From contig JAYKGY010000128.1 in NCBI GenBank assembly GCA_035285545.1, forward strand, positions 1 through 64,000: a stretch of 64,000 bases of DNA, written 5' to 3'. Below the pieces are notes generated by a model. The model did not search any database, was not told where the DNA came from, and saw only the letters and a list, made by a program, of their open reading frames with translations. The stretch comes from Snowella sp. (GTDB taxonomy: Bacteria > Cyanobacteriota > Cyanobacteriia > Cyanobacteriales > Microcystaceae). Numbering within the stretch: position 1 is the stretch's first letter; each line of letters starts with the position of its first letter. Shown here in pieces: positions 9,372 through 19,946 of the stretch. The position numbers and the translations under genes are program-made.

Positions 9372-10796
9372 TTGGCTATGGATACGGAAAAATCTTTATT
9401 AGAAACACCAGAACCGATTAAAACGGCTGGCAAACTTATCTATGGATTAAATGATAAACCGCCGCTGTATGAGGGATTGTTTGTTGCCATTCAACACGTT
9501 ATGGCGATCTTTGTCCCCATCGTCACGCCACCATTAATTATTTGTGGTGCATTGCAGGTGGATCCCACCAATACCGCGATGATTGTCGGGATGTCGTTAC
9601 TCATTTCTGGGGTTGCTACGTTTATTCAAGCCCATCGCCTCGGCCCTATCGGTACAGGGTTACTTAGTATTCAGGGAACCAGTTTTTCCTTTGTGGGCCC
9701 GATTATTTCTGTCGGTTTAGCAGCAAAAGCCGGTGGGCAATCGGTGGAATCTGCTTTAGGTTTGGTTTTTGGCTTGTGTTTTTTTGGAGCCTTACTGGAA
9801 ATTTTGCTGAGTCAGTTTTTAGAGTTAGCACAAAAAATTATTACGCCCCTGGTGACAGGCATTGTCGTGACCTTAATCGGCACCACTTTAATCAAAGTCG
9901 GCGTGACAGATATGGCGGGGGGATTCTCGGCGATGGGAACCGATGCCTTTGGAAGTGTCAAAAATTGGAGTGTGGCCCTGACGGTTTTATTGCTAATTAC
10001 CTTTTTGAGTGTGAGTCGTAATCGTTATATCCGCATGGGATCGATTGTGATTGGGCTAATTGTGGGATATGGGATTTGTCTCCCCTTAGGAATGGTTGAT
10101 TTTAGTGCCTTACAAGGGTTGCCACCCATTAATTTCCCGATCCCGTTTCGTTTTGGATTGAGCTTTGACTGGGCGATGTTTATTCCCTTTGCCATTATTT
10201 ATATTGCAACGGCGATCGAATGTATTGGTGATATTACGGCAACTTCGATGGTAACGGAAGAACCCATTAAAGGGGGTTTATATTTCAAACGTCTTAAAGG
10301 CGGCATTTTAGGGGATGGGGTTAATTCCCTGTTAGCGGCAATTTTTAATACGTTCCCCAATACCACTATGAGCCAAAATAATGGGCTGATCCAAATTACC
10401 GGGGTGGGAAGTCGTTATATCGGCTATTATCTAGCGGTTATTTTGACTTTATTAGGTTTATTTCCCATTATTGGGGGAATTTTAAATACAATTCCTAAGC
10501 CGGTTTTAGGGGGCGCAACGATTATTATGTTTGGCTCGGTGGCAGTCGCGGGGATTAATATTCTGCGGATGGTGGATATGGATGTGCGTTCCTCGATGAT
10601 CGTTGCGGTTTCTTTATCCTTTGGCTTAGGGGTGACGTTTTCGCCTGAATCCTTGGCTAATATGCCCCAGATTATTAAAGATGTTTTTTCCTCAGGTATC
10701 GCAGCAGGCGCGATCGCGGCCTTAGTTTTAAACGTGATTTTGCCAGGGCGATCGCCAAACCAGAATAACCACGAAGCAGATTTTTTGGAAAAATAA
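9372..10796 (+). CDS. NCS2 family nucleobase:cation symporter (xanthine/uric acid permease-like)
   Basis: QH motif in TM1; GTSFSF; NAT signature SQNNGLIQITG; DGV motif. Confidence 0.9.
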   Translation: MAMDTEKSLLETPEPIKTAGKLIYGLNDKPPLYEGLFVAIQHVMAIFVPIVTPPLIICGALQVDPTNTAMIVGMSLLISGVATFIQAHRLGPIGTGLLSIQGTSFSFVGPIISVGLAAKAGGQSVESALGLVFGLCFFGALLEILLSQFLELAQKIITPLVTGIVVTLIGTTLIKVGVTDMAGGFSAMGTDAFGSVKNWSVALTVLLLITFLSVSRNRYIRMGSIVIGLIVGYGICLPLGMVDFSALQGLPPINFPIPFRFGLSFDWAMFIPFAIIYIATAIECIGDITATSMVTEEPIKGGLYFKRLKGGILGDGVNSLLAAIFNTFPNTTMSQNNGLIQITGVGSRYIGYYLAVILTLLGLFPIIGGILNTIPKPVLGGATIIMFGSVAVAGINILRMVDMDVRSSMIVAVSLSFGLGVTFSPESLANMPQIIKDVFSSGIAAGAIAALVLNVILPGRSPNQNNHEADFLEK

Positions 10797-10827
10797 ACTT
10801 CTAACCCCTGAATTTGATTACAGTTGC

Positions 10828-11409
10828 CTATTCAACTTCTTCAAATAACAACTCTTCCAAGATCATCTGCATTTTTTCATCTTCAGGAGAGACTAATTCT
10901 ACCTGATCCCCATCAGTGGATTTGGCCAAAAAGAGCAAAGGAGCTAAGGGGGTGTAGATCGAATAGCGTTGCTCTTTATGGTAAAAACTAACGAGAAATT
11001 GGAGTTCTTCCGGTTCTAGGGGCTGGTCTTCGTTTTCCAACTCTAGGGTTAAAATATCATCATCTTCGATGGGAGGAAGTTCTCCACTGACCGTCAAACT
11101 GTAGGCGGTATATTTGAGGCTAAGATCGAGTTCCGCTAAAACCGCTTTAGCATCGGGGAAAATTTGTTCAATTTCTTCTTCGTCTTCTAATAAAACTGCG
11201 TCGGAAAATTCATCATCTTCGTCATCTTCGTCATCCCAAGCGATAATCACAACGGGAATATCAACAGGCATGAGCAATAAATAGTTGATATCGTCAACTT
11301 CGATGGAATTTTCGACATAGCAGTCTAACATCCGTCCCTTCTCATCGACGAGGGTTACGCTATCCGATTCGTCTGGCTCGTTTTCTGGATTAATTAGATA
11401 AGAAGACAT
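10828..11409 (-). CDS. DUF3727 family protein
   Basis: Acidic protein with LLMPVDIPV...AKAVLAELDL..YSIYTPL pattern conserved in cyanobacteria. Confidence 0.75.
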   Translation of the reverse strand: MSSYLINPENEPDESDSVTLVDEKGRMLDCYVENSIEVDDINYLLLMPVDIPVVIIAWDDEDDEDDEFSDAVLLEDEEEIEQIFPDAKAVLAELDLSLKYTAYSLTVSGELPPIEDDDILTLELENEDQPLEPEELQFLVSFYHKEQRYSIYTPLAPLLFLAKSTDGDQVELVSPEDEKMQMILEELLFEEVE

Positions 11410-11476
11410 AGAACTCAGGAATACTGTGAGTAATTAGAATATCATATTTGAGGTTCCTGTCCTGTCTTTTTCAGAT

Positions 11477-12289
11477 TTAGGAATTCAACCAGGGAGCTTG
11501 TTCTAGAGCTTCAAACCCTTTTACATCGGTCAAGTTGTACTGGAGCGGGGTAATGGTAATGTAGTTGGATTGAATAGCTTGAACGTCGGTCGGAATGGCG
11601 GGAGACAGATGGCTGTGATAGGGTTGTTCAATTTCTTTAGCAATTTCTCCTGCGAGCCAATAATAGCTTTTTCCCCTCGGATCAAGGCGTTTTTCAAAGG
11701 TTTCTACATAACGGCGCAGCCCTTGACGGGTTAAGATAACTCCCGCGATCGCGTCTTCACTCACTGCCGGAATATTGACACTCAGCAAAGTCGGTTGGGG
11801 CAAAGGGTGTAAGGACAGATGAGCCACTAAGCTTTTGGCAAAATTAGCAGCAGGCTGAAAATTTTTAAAGGTAAAACTGGTTAAACTCACGGCAATACTG
11901 GGAATCCCTTCAATTAATCCTTCCATGGCCGCCGAGACGGTTCCTGAATAGAGGACATCGGTTCCTAAATTGGCCCCGTGATTAATCCCTGCTAAAACGA
12001 AATCCGGTTGTTCTGGCATTACCGCAGAGAGGGCAAACTTGACACAATCGGCGGGGGTTCCTGAACATGACCAGGCCGTAACCTGGGGATGAAACACCTC
12101 CTCTACCACTTCCGCACGGATAGGACGATGAAGGGTTAAACCGTGACCCGTGGCCGACATTTCGCGGTCAGGACAAACAACGGTGACGTGATGCCCCGCT
12201 TCGGCTAAGGTATTGGCGAGGGTACGCACTCCAAGGGCAAAAATACCGTCATCATTACTGACAAGTAATTTAAGAGGGGTGTGGGTCAT
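11477..12289 (-). CDS. surE: 5'/3'-nucleotidase SurE
   Basis: [32 protein letters not shown]. Confidence 0.96.
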   Translation of the reverse strand: MTHTPLKLLVSNDDGIFALGVRTLANTLAEAGHHVTVVCPDREMSATGHGLTLHRPIRAEVVEEVFHPQVTAWSCSGTPADCVKFALSAVMPEQPDFVLAGINHGANLGTDVLYSGTVSAAMEGLIEGIPSIAVSLTSFTFKNFQPAANFAKSLVAHLSLHPLPQPTLLSVNIPAVSEDAIAGVILTRQGLRRYVETFEKRLDPRGKSYYWLAGEIAKEIEQPYHSHLSPAIPTDVQAIQSNYITITPLQYNLTDVKGFEALEQAPWLNS

Positions 12290-12412
12290 AAATTTGGAAT
12301 TCGTGAAAGGCGTTAGGGTTCTATTTTGCCGAATGGCGGGAGTTCGGTAAACTAAAGATCAGTAACGGGTTCCATTATCCCTTCACTTTAACTTCCTGAC
12401 TATTGCTAAATT

Positions 12413-13408
12413 ATGACTACCCAGTTAGAGACGGATCTCAAAACGCTACAACAAGAAGCTTTATCTGCGATCGCCGCTACAAGCAATCTCGATGACTTGG
12501 AACAGTTACGCATTCATTACCTGGGCAAAAAAGGGCAATTATCCCAAATTCTACGGGCAATGGGCAAGTTAAGTGCGGAAGAAAGACCCGTTATCGGCGC
12601 GATCGCGAATGAGGTTAAAGAAGCCGTCCAAACCCAATTAGATGATCGCAAACAAAATTTACAAAATGCAGCCATTCAAGCCCAATTAGCGGCGGAAACC
12701 TTGGATGTCACCATGCCTGGCGTTTATCGTCCCCTCGGCCGTATTCATCCCCTCAACAGTACGGTTGATAAGGTACTAGAAATCTTTGTGGGTCTAGGTT
12801 ACACCGTCGCTACCGGGCCCCAGGTGGAAACGGATTACTACAATTTCGAGGCGTTAAATATTCCTGCCGATCACCCTGCCCGTGATATGCAAGATACTTT
12901 CTTTCTTGGTGATGGACGATTATTGCGAACCCACACCTCCCCTGTCCAAATTCGCTATATGGAAACCCACGAGCCGCCCATCCGTATTGTTGCCCCTGGT
13001 CGCGTTTATCGTCGAGATACGGTGGATGCCACCCATTCAGCCGTTTTCCATCAGGTAGAATTGTTGGCGATTGACAAGGGCTTAACCTTTACCGATCTCA
13101 AGGGAACGATTAAGGAATTTGTCAAACAGATGTTTGGGGAAGAATTACCCGTCCGTTTTCGCGCCAGTTATTTTCCTTTTACGGAACCGTCGGCTGAGGT
13201 GGATGTGCAGTGGAAAGGCAAATGGTTAGAGGTCATGGGATGCGGTATGGTTGACCCCAATGTGATGAAATCTGTAGGTTATGAGCCGGAAATTTATACG
13301 GGGTTTGCCGCCGGTTTCGGTGTGGAACGTTTTGCCATGGTCTTACACCAAATTGATGATATTCGTCGGCTTTATACGAGCGATTTGCGCTTTTTACGTC
13401 AGTTTTAA
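12413..13408 (+). CDS. pheS: Phenylalanine-tRNA ligase alpha subunit
   Basis: [35 protein letters not shown]. Confidence 0.98.
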   Translation: MTTQLETDLKTLQQEALSAIAATSNLDDLEQLRIHYLGKKGQLSQILRAMGKLSAEERPVIGAIANEVKEAVQTQLDDRKQNLQNAAIQAQLAAETLDVTMPGVYRPLGRIHPLNSTVDKVLEIFVGLGYTVATGPQVETDYYNFEALNIPADHPARDMQDTFFLGDGRLLRTHTSPVQIRYMETHEPPIRIVAPGRVYRRDTVDATHSAVFHQVELLAIDKGLTFTDLKGTIKEFVKQMFGEELPVRFRASYFPFTEPSAEVDVQWKGKWLEVMGCGMVDPNVMKSVGYEPEIYTGFAAGFGVERFAMVLHQIDDIRRLYTSDLRFLRQF

Positions 13409-13525
13409 TTCGGGAAAATAGCGATCGCGGCCTTGCTTTGTTATGGGGATTAAAATTGAGAGGCAATCATTGAATGCTCATTTAATGAACTCTGATCGCC
13501 TTGATGGGGAGATTAAATTTTAAAT

Positions 13526-14131
13526 TTACTTCTTAGCACAGCGATCGCTGGAATTGTAAACAATGGTGCTGAAACGACCGTCAACGGTTCCCACTTCTAC
13601 ACAATAACCCGTTTTGTTTTCAACGTAATAGGAGGTTTTCCCCCCGTCCCAAGTAACGGTATTTTTATAGGTGTAGCCCCGTGATTCTAAGTCTCCCTGG
13701 GCTTGCCCAGCCCTTGCGCCTACGAGATCTTCTAATTCGGGTGGAACGGTGCTATAGAGATTTTCAGGAGTTTTACCTTTTTTCTTCGCACTAGAACTAG
13801 AAGAGTGTGTACTGCTCTTGTTCGATTCTGAACAAATTCCATTACTTCGGCCTGGCCCTGTGTAGGATACGTCGGGTGTCCCGTCAGGGCTAATGGTGAT
13901 AGAAATTGTTACGCCTGAACCTGTCGCTTCGTAAGCATTGTTATTGAATTTTCTCAGTTTGGCTTCTTTGCCATTAATAAAAACGGGGCCGCCTTGATCC
14001 GCATGAACTTCAATTTTTCCAGGGCAGGTGTAGTTGAGCAAAGGAATAGCGGCAAGACTGGCTGTAGCGGTCATGACAATTTGGGAAGCAGCAACCGCGA
14101 TCGCCGAAGTCGCCATTAATAGCTTGTTCAT
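13526..14131 (-). CDS. Secreted two-domain hypothetical protein, one Cys pair per domain
   Basis: Signal peptide; domain 1 TCPGKIEVHADQGGPV...NGIC; Ser/Lys linker; domain 2 DLVGARAG...CVEV...RC. Confidence 0.8.
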   Translation of the reverse strand: MNKLLMATSAIAVAASQIVMTATASLAAIPLLNYTCPGKIEVHADQGGPVFINGKEAKLRKFNNNAYEATGSGVTISITISPDGTPDVSYTGPGRSNGICSESNKSSTHSSSSSAKKKGKTPENLYSTVPPELEDLVGARAGQAQGDLESRGYTYKNTVTWDGGKTSYYVENKTGYCVEVGTVDGRFSTIVYNSSDRCAKK

Positions 14132-14295
14132 AGCTTTTGTTTCTGAATTTCAAATATTTTTCAGGATAATTATCCAATAGATAATGACAAGCGTTGGATA
14201 ATAACTGTAAAAATTTACAAAGTAAGTGAACAAGAAACAATTTGAGCGAAAAATTGATCAATAATCTAATATAAAATCAATTAATTTTACTCAAA

Positions 14296-14598
14296 ATGAA
14301 GTCTTTTACTTGTTTCACATCCTTTACGATAACCGCGATCGCTGTAGTATCCACAATTACAACGATTCCCAGCCATGCCGCATCCACGACTAGCAAAGCT
14401 CAATCCGCCTGTTTGTCAGCAGTAGCGAAAGTTGTCAATACAAATGCCAGCAAACTGTCTGTGATTCAAGCCAAAGAAACCTCCAAGGGTGTAGAAATCC
14501 AAGTAAAAGTACCCGGAGCCGAAAAACCTTGGTTATGTACCTCAACCAAAAACGGTACGGTGAAAAAAGGGAGTGTTATGTACAGTGGCGAAGGATAA
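14296..14598 (+). CDS. Small secreted protein with one Cys pair
   Basis: Signal peptide ending SHA; ACLSAVA...PWLC motif. Confidence 0.75.
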   Translation: MKSFTCFTSFTITAIAVVSTITTIPSHAASTTSKAQSACLSAVAKVVNTNASKLSVIQAKETSKGVEIQVKVPGAEKPWLCTSTKNGTVKKGSVMYSGEG

Positions 14599-14626
14599 TA
14601 ATTAGTACAACCGAATAAAACATTAA

Positions 14627-14684
14627 AAAATTTAATAGTCTTAAATCCCTAGAAATTAGTAGGGACATAATACCATTATGTCCT
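14627..14684 (+). repeat. REPIN-like doublet of GTAG-type REP palindromes (copy A)
   Basis: TTAAATCCCTAG...GTAGGGACATAAT-ACC-ATTATGTCCT; inverted homolog at 35161-35225. Confidence 0.7.
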
Positions 14685-14786
14685 GAGCAAAAAAGACTAT
14701 TTTGCTTTTAATTAAGTTGACTTGCTTATCTATTTTTAACTTGTTAATTTCAATCAACCCCATCAAATTTACGTCTTATTGATTCA

Positions 14787-15206
14787 ATGTTAACTTCTAA
14801 ATTATCGGCCTCCTTACTCATTGCCAGTCTTGTTGTCGCTGCTCCCGTTGTTACTCTGGCTGGTAGCGATATTCGCACAGAACGGGTTCAATTTAAACCT
14901 GGAACCAGTGGCAAAGTCATCAAAGGTACTATTAAGGGCTATCAAACCGTTGATTACGTAATCAATGCCCGTAAAGATCAATCGGCTAACATCAGCATGG
15001 CTAGTAAAAACACTGCGGCCTATTTCAATATTTTGGCTCCTGGCGAAAAAGAGGTTGCCATGTTTAATGGTTCAATGAATGACAACCAATTTGAAGGCAC
15101 ACTTCCCAAAACAGGTGATTATAAAGTACGGGTTTATTTAATGCGGAGTGCGGCTCGTCGCAATGAAGTAGCCAACTACACCCTAGATATCAATATTTCG
15201 GACTAA
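14787..15206 (+). CDS. PliG-like (g-type lysozyme inhibitor family) secreted protein
   Basis: Signal peptide; VQFKPGTSG..IKGTIKGYQTVDY...LPKTGDYKVRVYLMRSAARRNEVANYTLDI matches the PliG pattern. Confidence 0.75.
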   Translation: MLTSKLSASLLIASLVVAAPVVTLAGSDIRTERVQFKPGTSGKVIKGTIKGYQTVDYVINARKDQSANISMASKNTAAYFNILAPGEKEVAMFNGSMNDNQFEGTLPKTGDYKVRVYLMRSAARRNEVANYTLDINISD

Positions 15207-15237
15207 ATGGATAAACGTTACGGCCTAGAATGAAAAC

Positions 15238-17973
15238 ATGGATGTAATTCTCTGTCATCAAACCGCAGATTTTGACGCATTAGGGGCGGCTGTAGGTTTG
15301 TCGCGTCTTAAAGCCGGTAGTCGTATTGTTTTAACGGGTGGGGCCCATCCGGCGGTGCGGGATTTTTTGGCCCTACATCGGGATGAGTTGGCTCTGATAG
15401 AAATGCGGAGTGTGAATGAAAAGGCCCTAAGATCCGTCGCTATTGTCGATAACCAACAGCGCGATCGCTTGGGAAAAGCCGCGAAGTGGTTAGATCTAGA
15501 ACAGGTTAAACATATTGAACTTTACGATCATCATCTCAATATTGAATCCGATATTCCTGCCACTTTTCGGCAAGTGGAAGCTGTAGGAGCCACAACGACC
15601 TTAATGGTGGAAAAATTACAGGAAACGGATTTAAGCTTAAATTCTGTGGAAGTTTCCGTCATGGCTCTGGGGATTCACGTCGATACAGGTTCTTTGACCT
15701 TTGCCCAAAGTACGGCGAGGGATGCAAGGGCTTTAGCCTGGTTGATGGAGCAGGGAGCCAATGTGCGGACGATCGCGGAATATGTTGATCCAGGATTTCC
15801 GCCCCCGTTACAGGCCCTATTTGCCGAAGCGATGGAGCAATTACAGACTCAGGTTATTCATGGCTATCGCATTGCCGCCGTACTGTTAAAAACCGAATCG
15901 TTTATTGCGGGCCTATCAAATTTAGCCGAACGTTTGATTGAATTAACCGAAAGTGATGCCCTGCTATTTGCCCATCACTACACCCAACGCCGAGAACAGG
16001 TTGCTTATCCCGAAGGACGTTTAACGATTATTGGTCGTACTCACATTGAAGGAACAGATTTAAATGAATTGTTTGCTCCTCTGGGTGGAGGTGGTCATGC
16101 TCAAGCGGCATCCTTAAGTTTACGGGGGGTTGACCCAGAAGCAACTTTGCAGGAATTAGTCCAAGATCTGATTGCCCAAGTCCCCCATCCTTTAACGGCG
16201 AGAGATCTTATGTCTTCTCCCGTGCGGACGATTCGCCCCCAAACGACTATTGAGCAGGCGCAACGGGTGTTATTTCGCTATGGCCATTCGGGCCTATCGG
16301 TCGTCGATGAACAGGATGAGTTAGTCGGCATCATTTCCCGTCGAGATATTGATCTGGCGTTACATCATGGTTTTAGCCATGCTCCCGTTAAAGGCTATAT
16401 GACCCGCTATTTAAAAACCATTGCCCCGAATACGCTGCTGACAGAAATTGAGTCAATGATGGTCACTTACGATGTGGGCCGTCTGCCTGTGGTGGAAAGT
16501 GGCAAATTAATCGGTATTGTTACCCGTACTGATGTTTTACGCCAAATTCATCAAGATCGAGAAAATAATCATCGACCAGAACGGAAAGCCCCGTTAACCT
16601 CCTGTTTATTGCCGTCCATCCGCGATCGCCTCCATCCTGCTCTGTGGGATTTTTTACAAAAAGCTGCCCTTAAAGCGGAACAACAAGGCTGGAATTTATA
16701 TTTAGTGGGTGGGGCTGTTCGAGATTTATTGCTGGATTCTCCTGAAAAAAGTCTGTTATTACAAGACATTGATTTAGTGGTAGATGGCTTTCACCGCTCA
16801 GCCGATGTGGGGGCGGGGGTTACGTTAGCTCAACAGTTACAGGAAAATTATCCACAAACCCGACTTTCCGTTCACGGGGAATTTCAAACGGCTGCTTTAC
16901 TTTGGCATAAGGATCCTGAATTAGGCTCGTTATGGGTCGATATTGCCACCGCGAGAACAGAATTTTACCCCTATCCGGCGGCCAATCCCCAAGTAGAAGC
17001 GAGTTCCATTCGCCAAGACCTCTATCGTCGGGACTTTACCATTAATGCCCTAGCCGTCCGTTTAACTCCCCCCCGTTCAGGAGAATTATTAGACTTTTTT
17101 GGCGGGATTTTAGACCTGCGATCGCGTCAAATTCGGGTACTCCATGCCAACAGTTTCATCGAAGATCCGACCCGTATTTATCGAGCAGTACGCTTTGCCG
17201 TGCGGTTAGGTTTTGAAATTGAACCGCAAACGGAAGTTTACATCCGCTATGCCATCGAAAGTGGGGTTTATGAGCGGTTATTGCTAGAGAATCACCCTGC
17301 CCCAGCTTTAACCACCCGTTTAAAAGCTGAATTAAAAATTATTTTAGACGCTCCCTATTGGAAATCGGCTCTGCAACGCTTGGATAATTTAGGGGCGTTA
17401 AAGTGCTTACATTCTCGGCTAGTGTTAACGTCTGAACTCTGGTGGCAGTTGCGTTACGTTTCCCGTTGGTTAGCCTATCTTGACTCGGATAATCAGTGGG
17501 AACATTGGTTAATTCGTTTAGCCGTTTTAATTGCTTCCCTGCAACCTCAGGAACGCGATCGCATTGCTGAAAATTTACAATTCCCTAAATTAATGATCGA
17601 AGGATTACAGCGATTAGAGCCGATTACCCAGCAAATTGAGCAAGCCTTAACCCCTCAACCCACCAACAGTAAAATTGTTCAAACCTTGAAAGCTTATAAA
17701 ACGGTTCACTTAATTTTAGTGGCCGTTAAAAGTTCTAAATTCATTCGTCATGTCATTTGGCGTTATTTAACCCAACTTTCTCAAGTTCAGGCTCCGCTAA
17801 ACGGGGAAGATTTAAAAGCCATGAGCTATAAACCTGGCCCCCACTTTAAACAAATTTTAGAGACTTTACTCTCAGCGACTTTAGATGGGCAAATCCACGA
17901 TTATCAAGATGCTGAACTATTTGTACAACAAATTCACAATTCTCTGGGGGATTCGGGATTCAAAAGTCTGTAG
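15238..17973 (+). CDS. A-adding tRNA nucleotidyltransferase with DHH and CBS domains
   Basis: DHH motif (YDHH), GGGH, two CBS repeats, VGGAVRD...[26 protein letters not shown]. Confidence 0.9.
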   Translation: MDVILCHQTADFDALGAAVGLSRLKAGSRIVLTGGAHPAVRDFLALHRDELALIEMRSVNEKALRSVAIVDNQQRDRLGKAAKWLDLEQVKHIELYDHHLNIESDIPATFRQVEAVGATTTLMVEKLQETDLSLNSVEVSVMALGIHVDTGSLTFAQSTARDARALAWLMEQGANVRTIAEYVDPGFPPPLQALFAEAMEQLQTQVIHGYRIAAVLLKTESFIAGLSNLAERLIELTESDALLFAHHYTQRREQVAYPEGRLTIIGRTHIEGTDLNELFAPLGGGGHAQAASLSLRGVDPEATLQELVQDLIAQVPHPLTARDLMSSPVRTIRPQTTIEQAQRVLFRYGHSGLSVVDEQDELVGIISRRDIDLALHHGFSHAPVKGYMTRYLKTIAPNTLLTEIESMMVTYDVGRLPVVESGKLIGIVTRTDVLRQIHQDRENNHRPERKAPLTSCLLPSIRDRLHPALWDFLQKAALKAEQQGWNLYLVGGAVRDLLLDSPEKSLLLQDIDLVVDGFHRSADVGAGVTLAQQLQENYPQTRLSVHGEFQTAALLWHKDPELGSLWVDIATARTEFYPYPAANPQVEASSIRQDLYRRDFTINALAVRLTPPRSGELLDFFGGILDLRSRQIRVLHANSFIEDPTRIYRAVRFAVRLGFEIEPQTEVYIRYAIESGVYERLLLENHPAPALTTRLKAELKIILDAPYWKSALQRLDNLGALKCLHSRLVLTSELWWQLRYVSRWLAYLDSDNQWEHWLIRLAVLIASLQPQERDRIAENLQFPKLMIEGLQRLEPITQQIEQALTPQPTNSKIVQTLKAYKTVHLILVAVKSSKFIRHVIWRYLTQLSQVQAPLNGEDLKAMSYKPGPHFKQILETLLSATLDGQIHDYQDAELFVQQIHNSLGDSGFKSL

Positions 17974-17994
17974 GTGGGACTGGCCCACCTTTTT
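17970..17994 (+). terminator. Hairpin with T-tract between convergent genes
   Basis: AGGTGGG-actgg-CCCACCT followed by TTTT. Confidence 0.6.
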
Positions 17995-18008
17995 AGTCTT
18001 CACAACGC

Positions 18009-18521
18009 TTATTTCTGGCCTGCTTTAACGCATTCTTCGACTATCGGCAGAACGGATTCAACATCTTTCCAGCCTAAGATTTCGGTCGTTTTCTTTTCTA
18101 AATTTTTGTAAGTGCGGAAAAATTCAGCAATTTCATCCAAGCGATGGCTAGCAATATCCTTGAGGGATTTAACCTGGGCATAACGGGGATCTTTGTCGGG
18201 AACACAGAGAATTTTTTCGTCGCGATCGCCGCCATCAATCATTTCCAGCATCCCAATGGGGCGCGCTGTAATCACGCAACCAGGGAAAGTAGGTTGATCC
18301 ATAATGACCATCCCATCGAGGGGATCGCCATCATCCGCCAAGGTATTGGGGATAAAACCGTAATCGTAGGGATACTGTACAGAGGCATACAGAACGCGGT
18401 CTAAGGCAAAGGCATTCATATCCTTATCAAACTCATACTTATTCTTGCTGCCAGCGGGAATTTCAATTAAAACGTTGACTAAACCAGGCTTGGGTTGGGC
18501 AGGAATACGCGATAAATCCAC
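18009..18521 (-). CDS. ppa: Inorganic pyrophosphatase (family I)
   Basis: [20 protein letters not shown] motif. Confidence 0.97.
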   Translation of the reverse strand: MDLSRIPAQPKPGLVNVLIEIPAGSKNKYEFDKDMNAFALDRVLYASVQYPYDYGFIPNTLADDGDPLDGMVIMDQPTFPGCVITARPIGMLEMIDGGDRDEKILCVPDKDPRYAQVKSLKDIASHRLDEIAEFFRTYKNLEKKTTEILGWKDVESVLPIVEECVKAGQK

Positions 18522-18709
18522 AACTTTTCTCCGTCTATTACAATTTCTTAAAGATTAATGACGGGGTAAGTATACACCTCCCCCACTGCATTTTACAAGT
18601 AAAGCTGACTCCGGAAAGGGGATTGTTCGTTATTATAGAGCGCAGTAAGATCAGGAAATTAAATCTCCCTTAAGCATTACCGTTTTCATCTGTATCAAGG
18701 TAAATTTAT

Positions 18710-19369
18710 ATGGGGCAATTTCACGAAATCAGCTATTTTTTAAAAGTTGAATTACCGTTTAAAAAAGTAATCGATATTATTATTGAGTCTGCCCGCAAAA
18801 TACATTGGCCAAATCCGGGGCATGGACAGCAGGCTAAAACATTTTTTGAAAAAATTGATTACAAGCAAGGTAAGATTTTGATTCGGAAAAAAGATCCCCA
18901 GGGAAAGCCATTAAAAAATCCTTACCTAACGAATGAACTTATTATTATTCTGTTGAAAGAGCAGACCTCGGATCAATATCAAATCCTCATTCGGAGTGAA
19001 AGTCCTGTATCCCTCCCGTTAGGGCATAATTACGACAATGTTGTGACCGTTAAAAACGAGATTATCTATAAAAATCGACTTTTTCAATTAACCCATGCTA
19101 TTTCTCCAGAGATTCATAAAAAATCTCCACCGAATCCCCCAAAAATGATTCATTATCCCCACAATGATCCCTATCGTATTTTAGGCATCAAACCCAATGC
19201 AACCGCTTCAGAAGTCACAGAAGCCTATTTACAAGCAATCCGTAATTATCATCCTGATAAATTAATGGGATTAGGTATGGCTCCCGAATTCATCCAACTA
19301 GCTGAACAACGAACAAAAGAAATTAATGCTGCCTATGAAGTCTTAAAACAGCAATTATCTTCTCAATAA
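18710..19369 (+). CDS. Protein with C-terminal J domain (DjlA-like)
   Basis: DPYRILGI...YHPDKL...KEINAAYEVL. Confidence 0.8.
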   Translation: MGQFHEISYFLKVELPFKKVIDIIIESARKIHWPNPGHGQQAKTFFEKIDYKQGKILIRKKDPQGKPLKNPYLTNELIIILLKEQTSDQYQILIRSESPVSLPLGHNYDNVVTVKNEIIYKNRLFQLTHAISPEIHKKSPPNPPKMIHYPHNDPYRILGIKPNATASEVTEAYLQAIRNYHPDKLMGLGMAPEFIQLAEQRTKEINAAYEVLKQQLSSQ

Positions 19370-19519
19370 AGATTTTCTTTTTGTCCTTCTTGTTGCATAA
19401 TAGCGTTTATTACGATTTTTAGAATATATCAAATATTTATCATAAATATTTTAATCCCCAGTCAACCTCAATAAGGATGGCTCATTTAAAACCAAATTAA
19501 GGACTTGTAAAATCTCGTT

Positions 19520-19903
19520 ATGTTGATAGATTGGATTCCTTTTGAAATACGAATTAATACTGTGATGTTGGCAGGGAGTTGTTTATGGTCTTTAGGTTTA
19601 TATTTAAGCTTAATTTCCCTAAAAAATAATTTAATTGAACAGTTACAACGTTGGTTTAATTTCGCTGAGCGATCGCTGTACACTTCTGAAGAAGAATTTG
19701 AGAAAACTCGGCCTGCAAGGGAAGCCCAAAACACTTTTTATGCGTCAATTTTTAGTATTGTACCTTTTCTTGTTTTAGGGGGGCTTTGTAATTGGGGCAT
19801 TGAAGCTGGATTAGGAGAAAGTTGGGGCATTAGTACCGGAATTTTGATGTGTATTTCAGGGGCAATTTATGCTCTCGGAAAACAAGATAGTGTTCAGCCG
19901 TAA
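19520..19903 (+). CDS. Conserved hypothetical membrane protein
   Basis: Three hydrophobic segments; RWFNFAERSLYTSEEEFE motif. Confidence 0.75.
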   Translation: MLIDWIPFEIRINTVMLAGSCLWSLGLYLSLISLKNNLIEQLQRWFNFAERSLYTSEEEFEKTRPAREAQNTFYASIFSIVPFLVLGGLCNWGIEAGLGESWGISTGILMCISGAIYALGKQDSVQP

Positions 19904-19946
19904 TCTCTAAAATCTATTCAGCTATCTTTAAATTTAAACCGATTTA

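Noticed and set aside
12413..13408. pheS without pheT (also glyQ without glyS, hoxW without hox genes, ilvN alone)
   Set aside because: Dispersed subunit genes are normal in cyanobacteria
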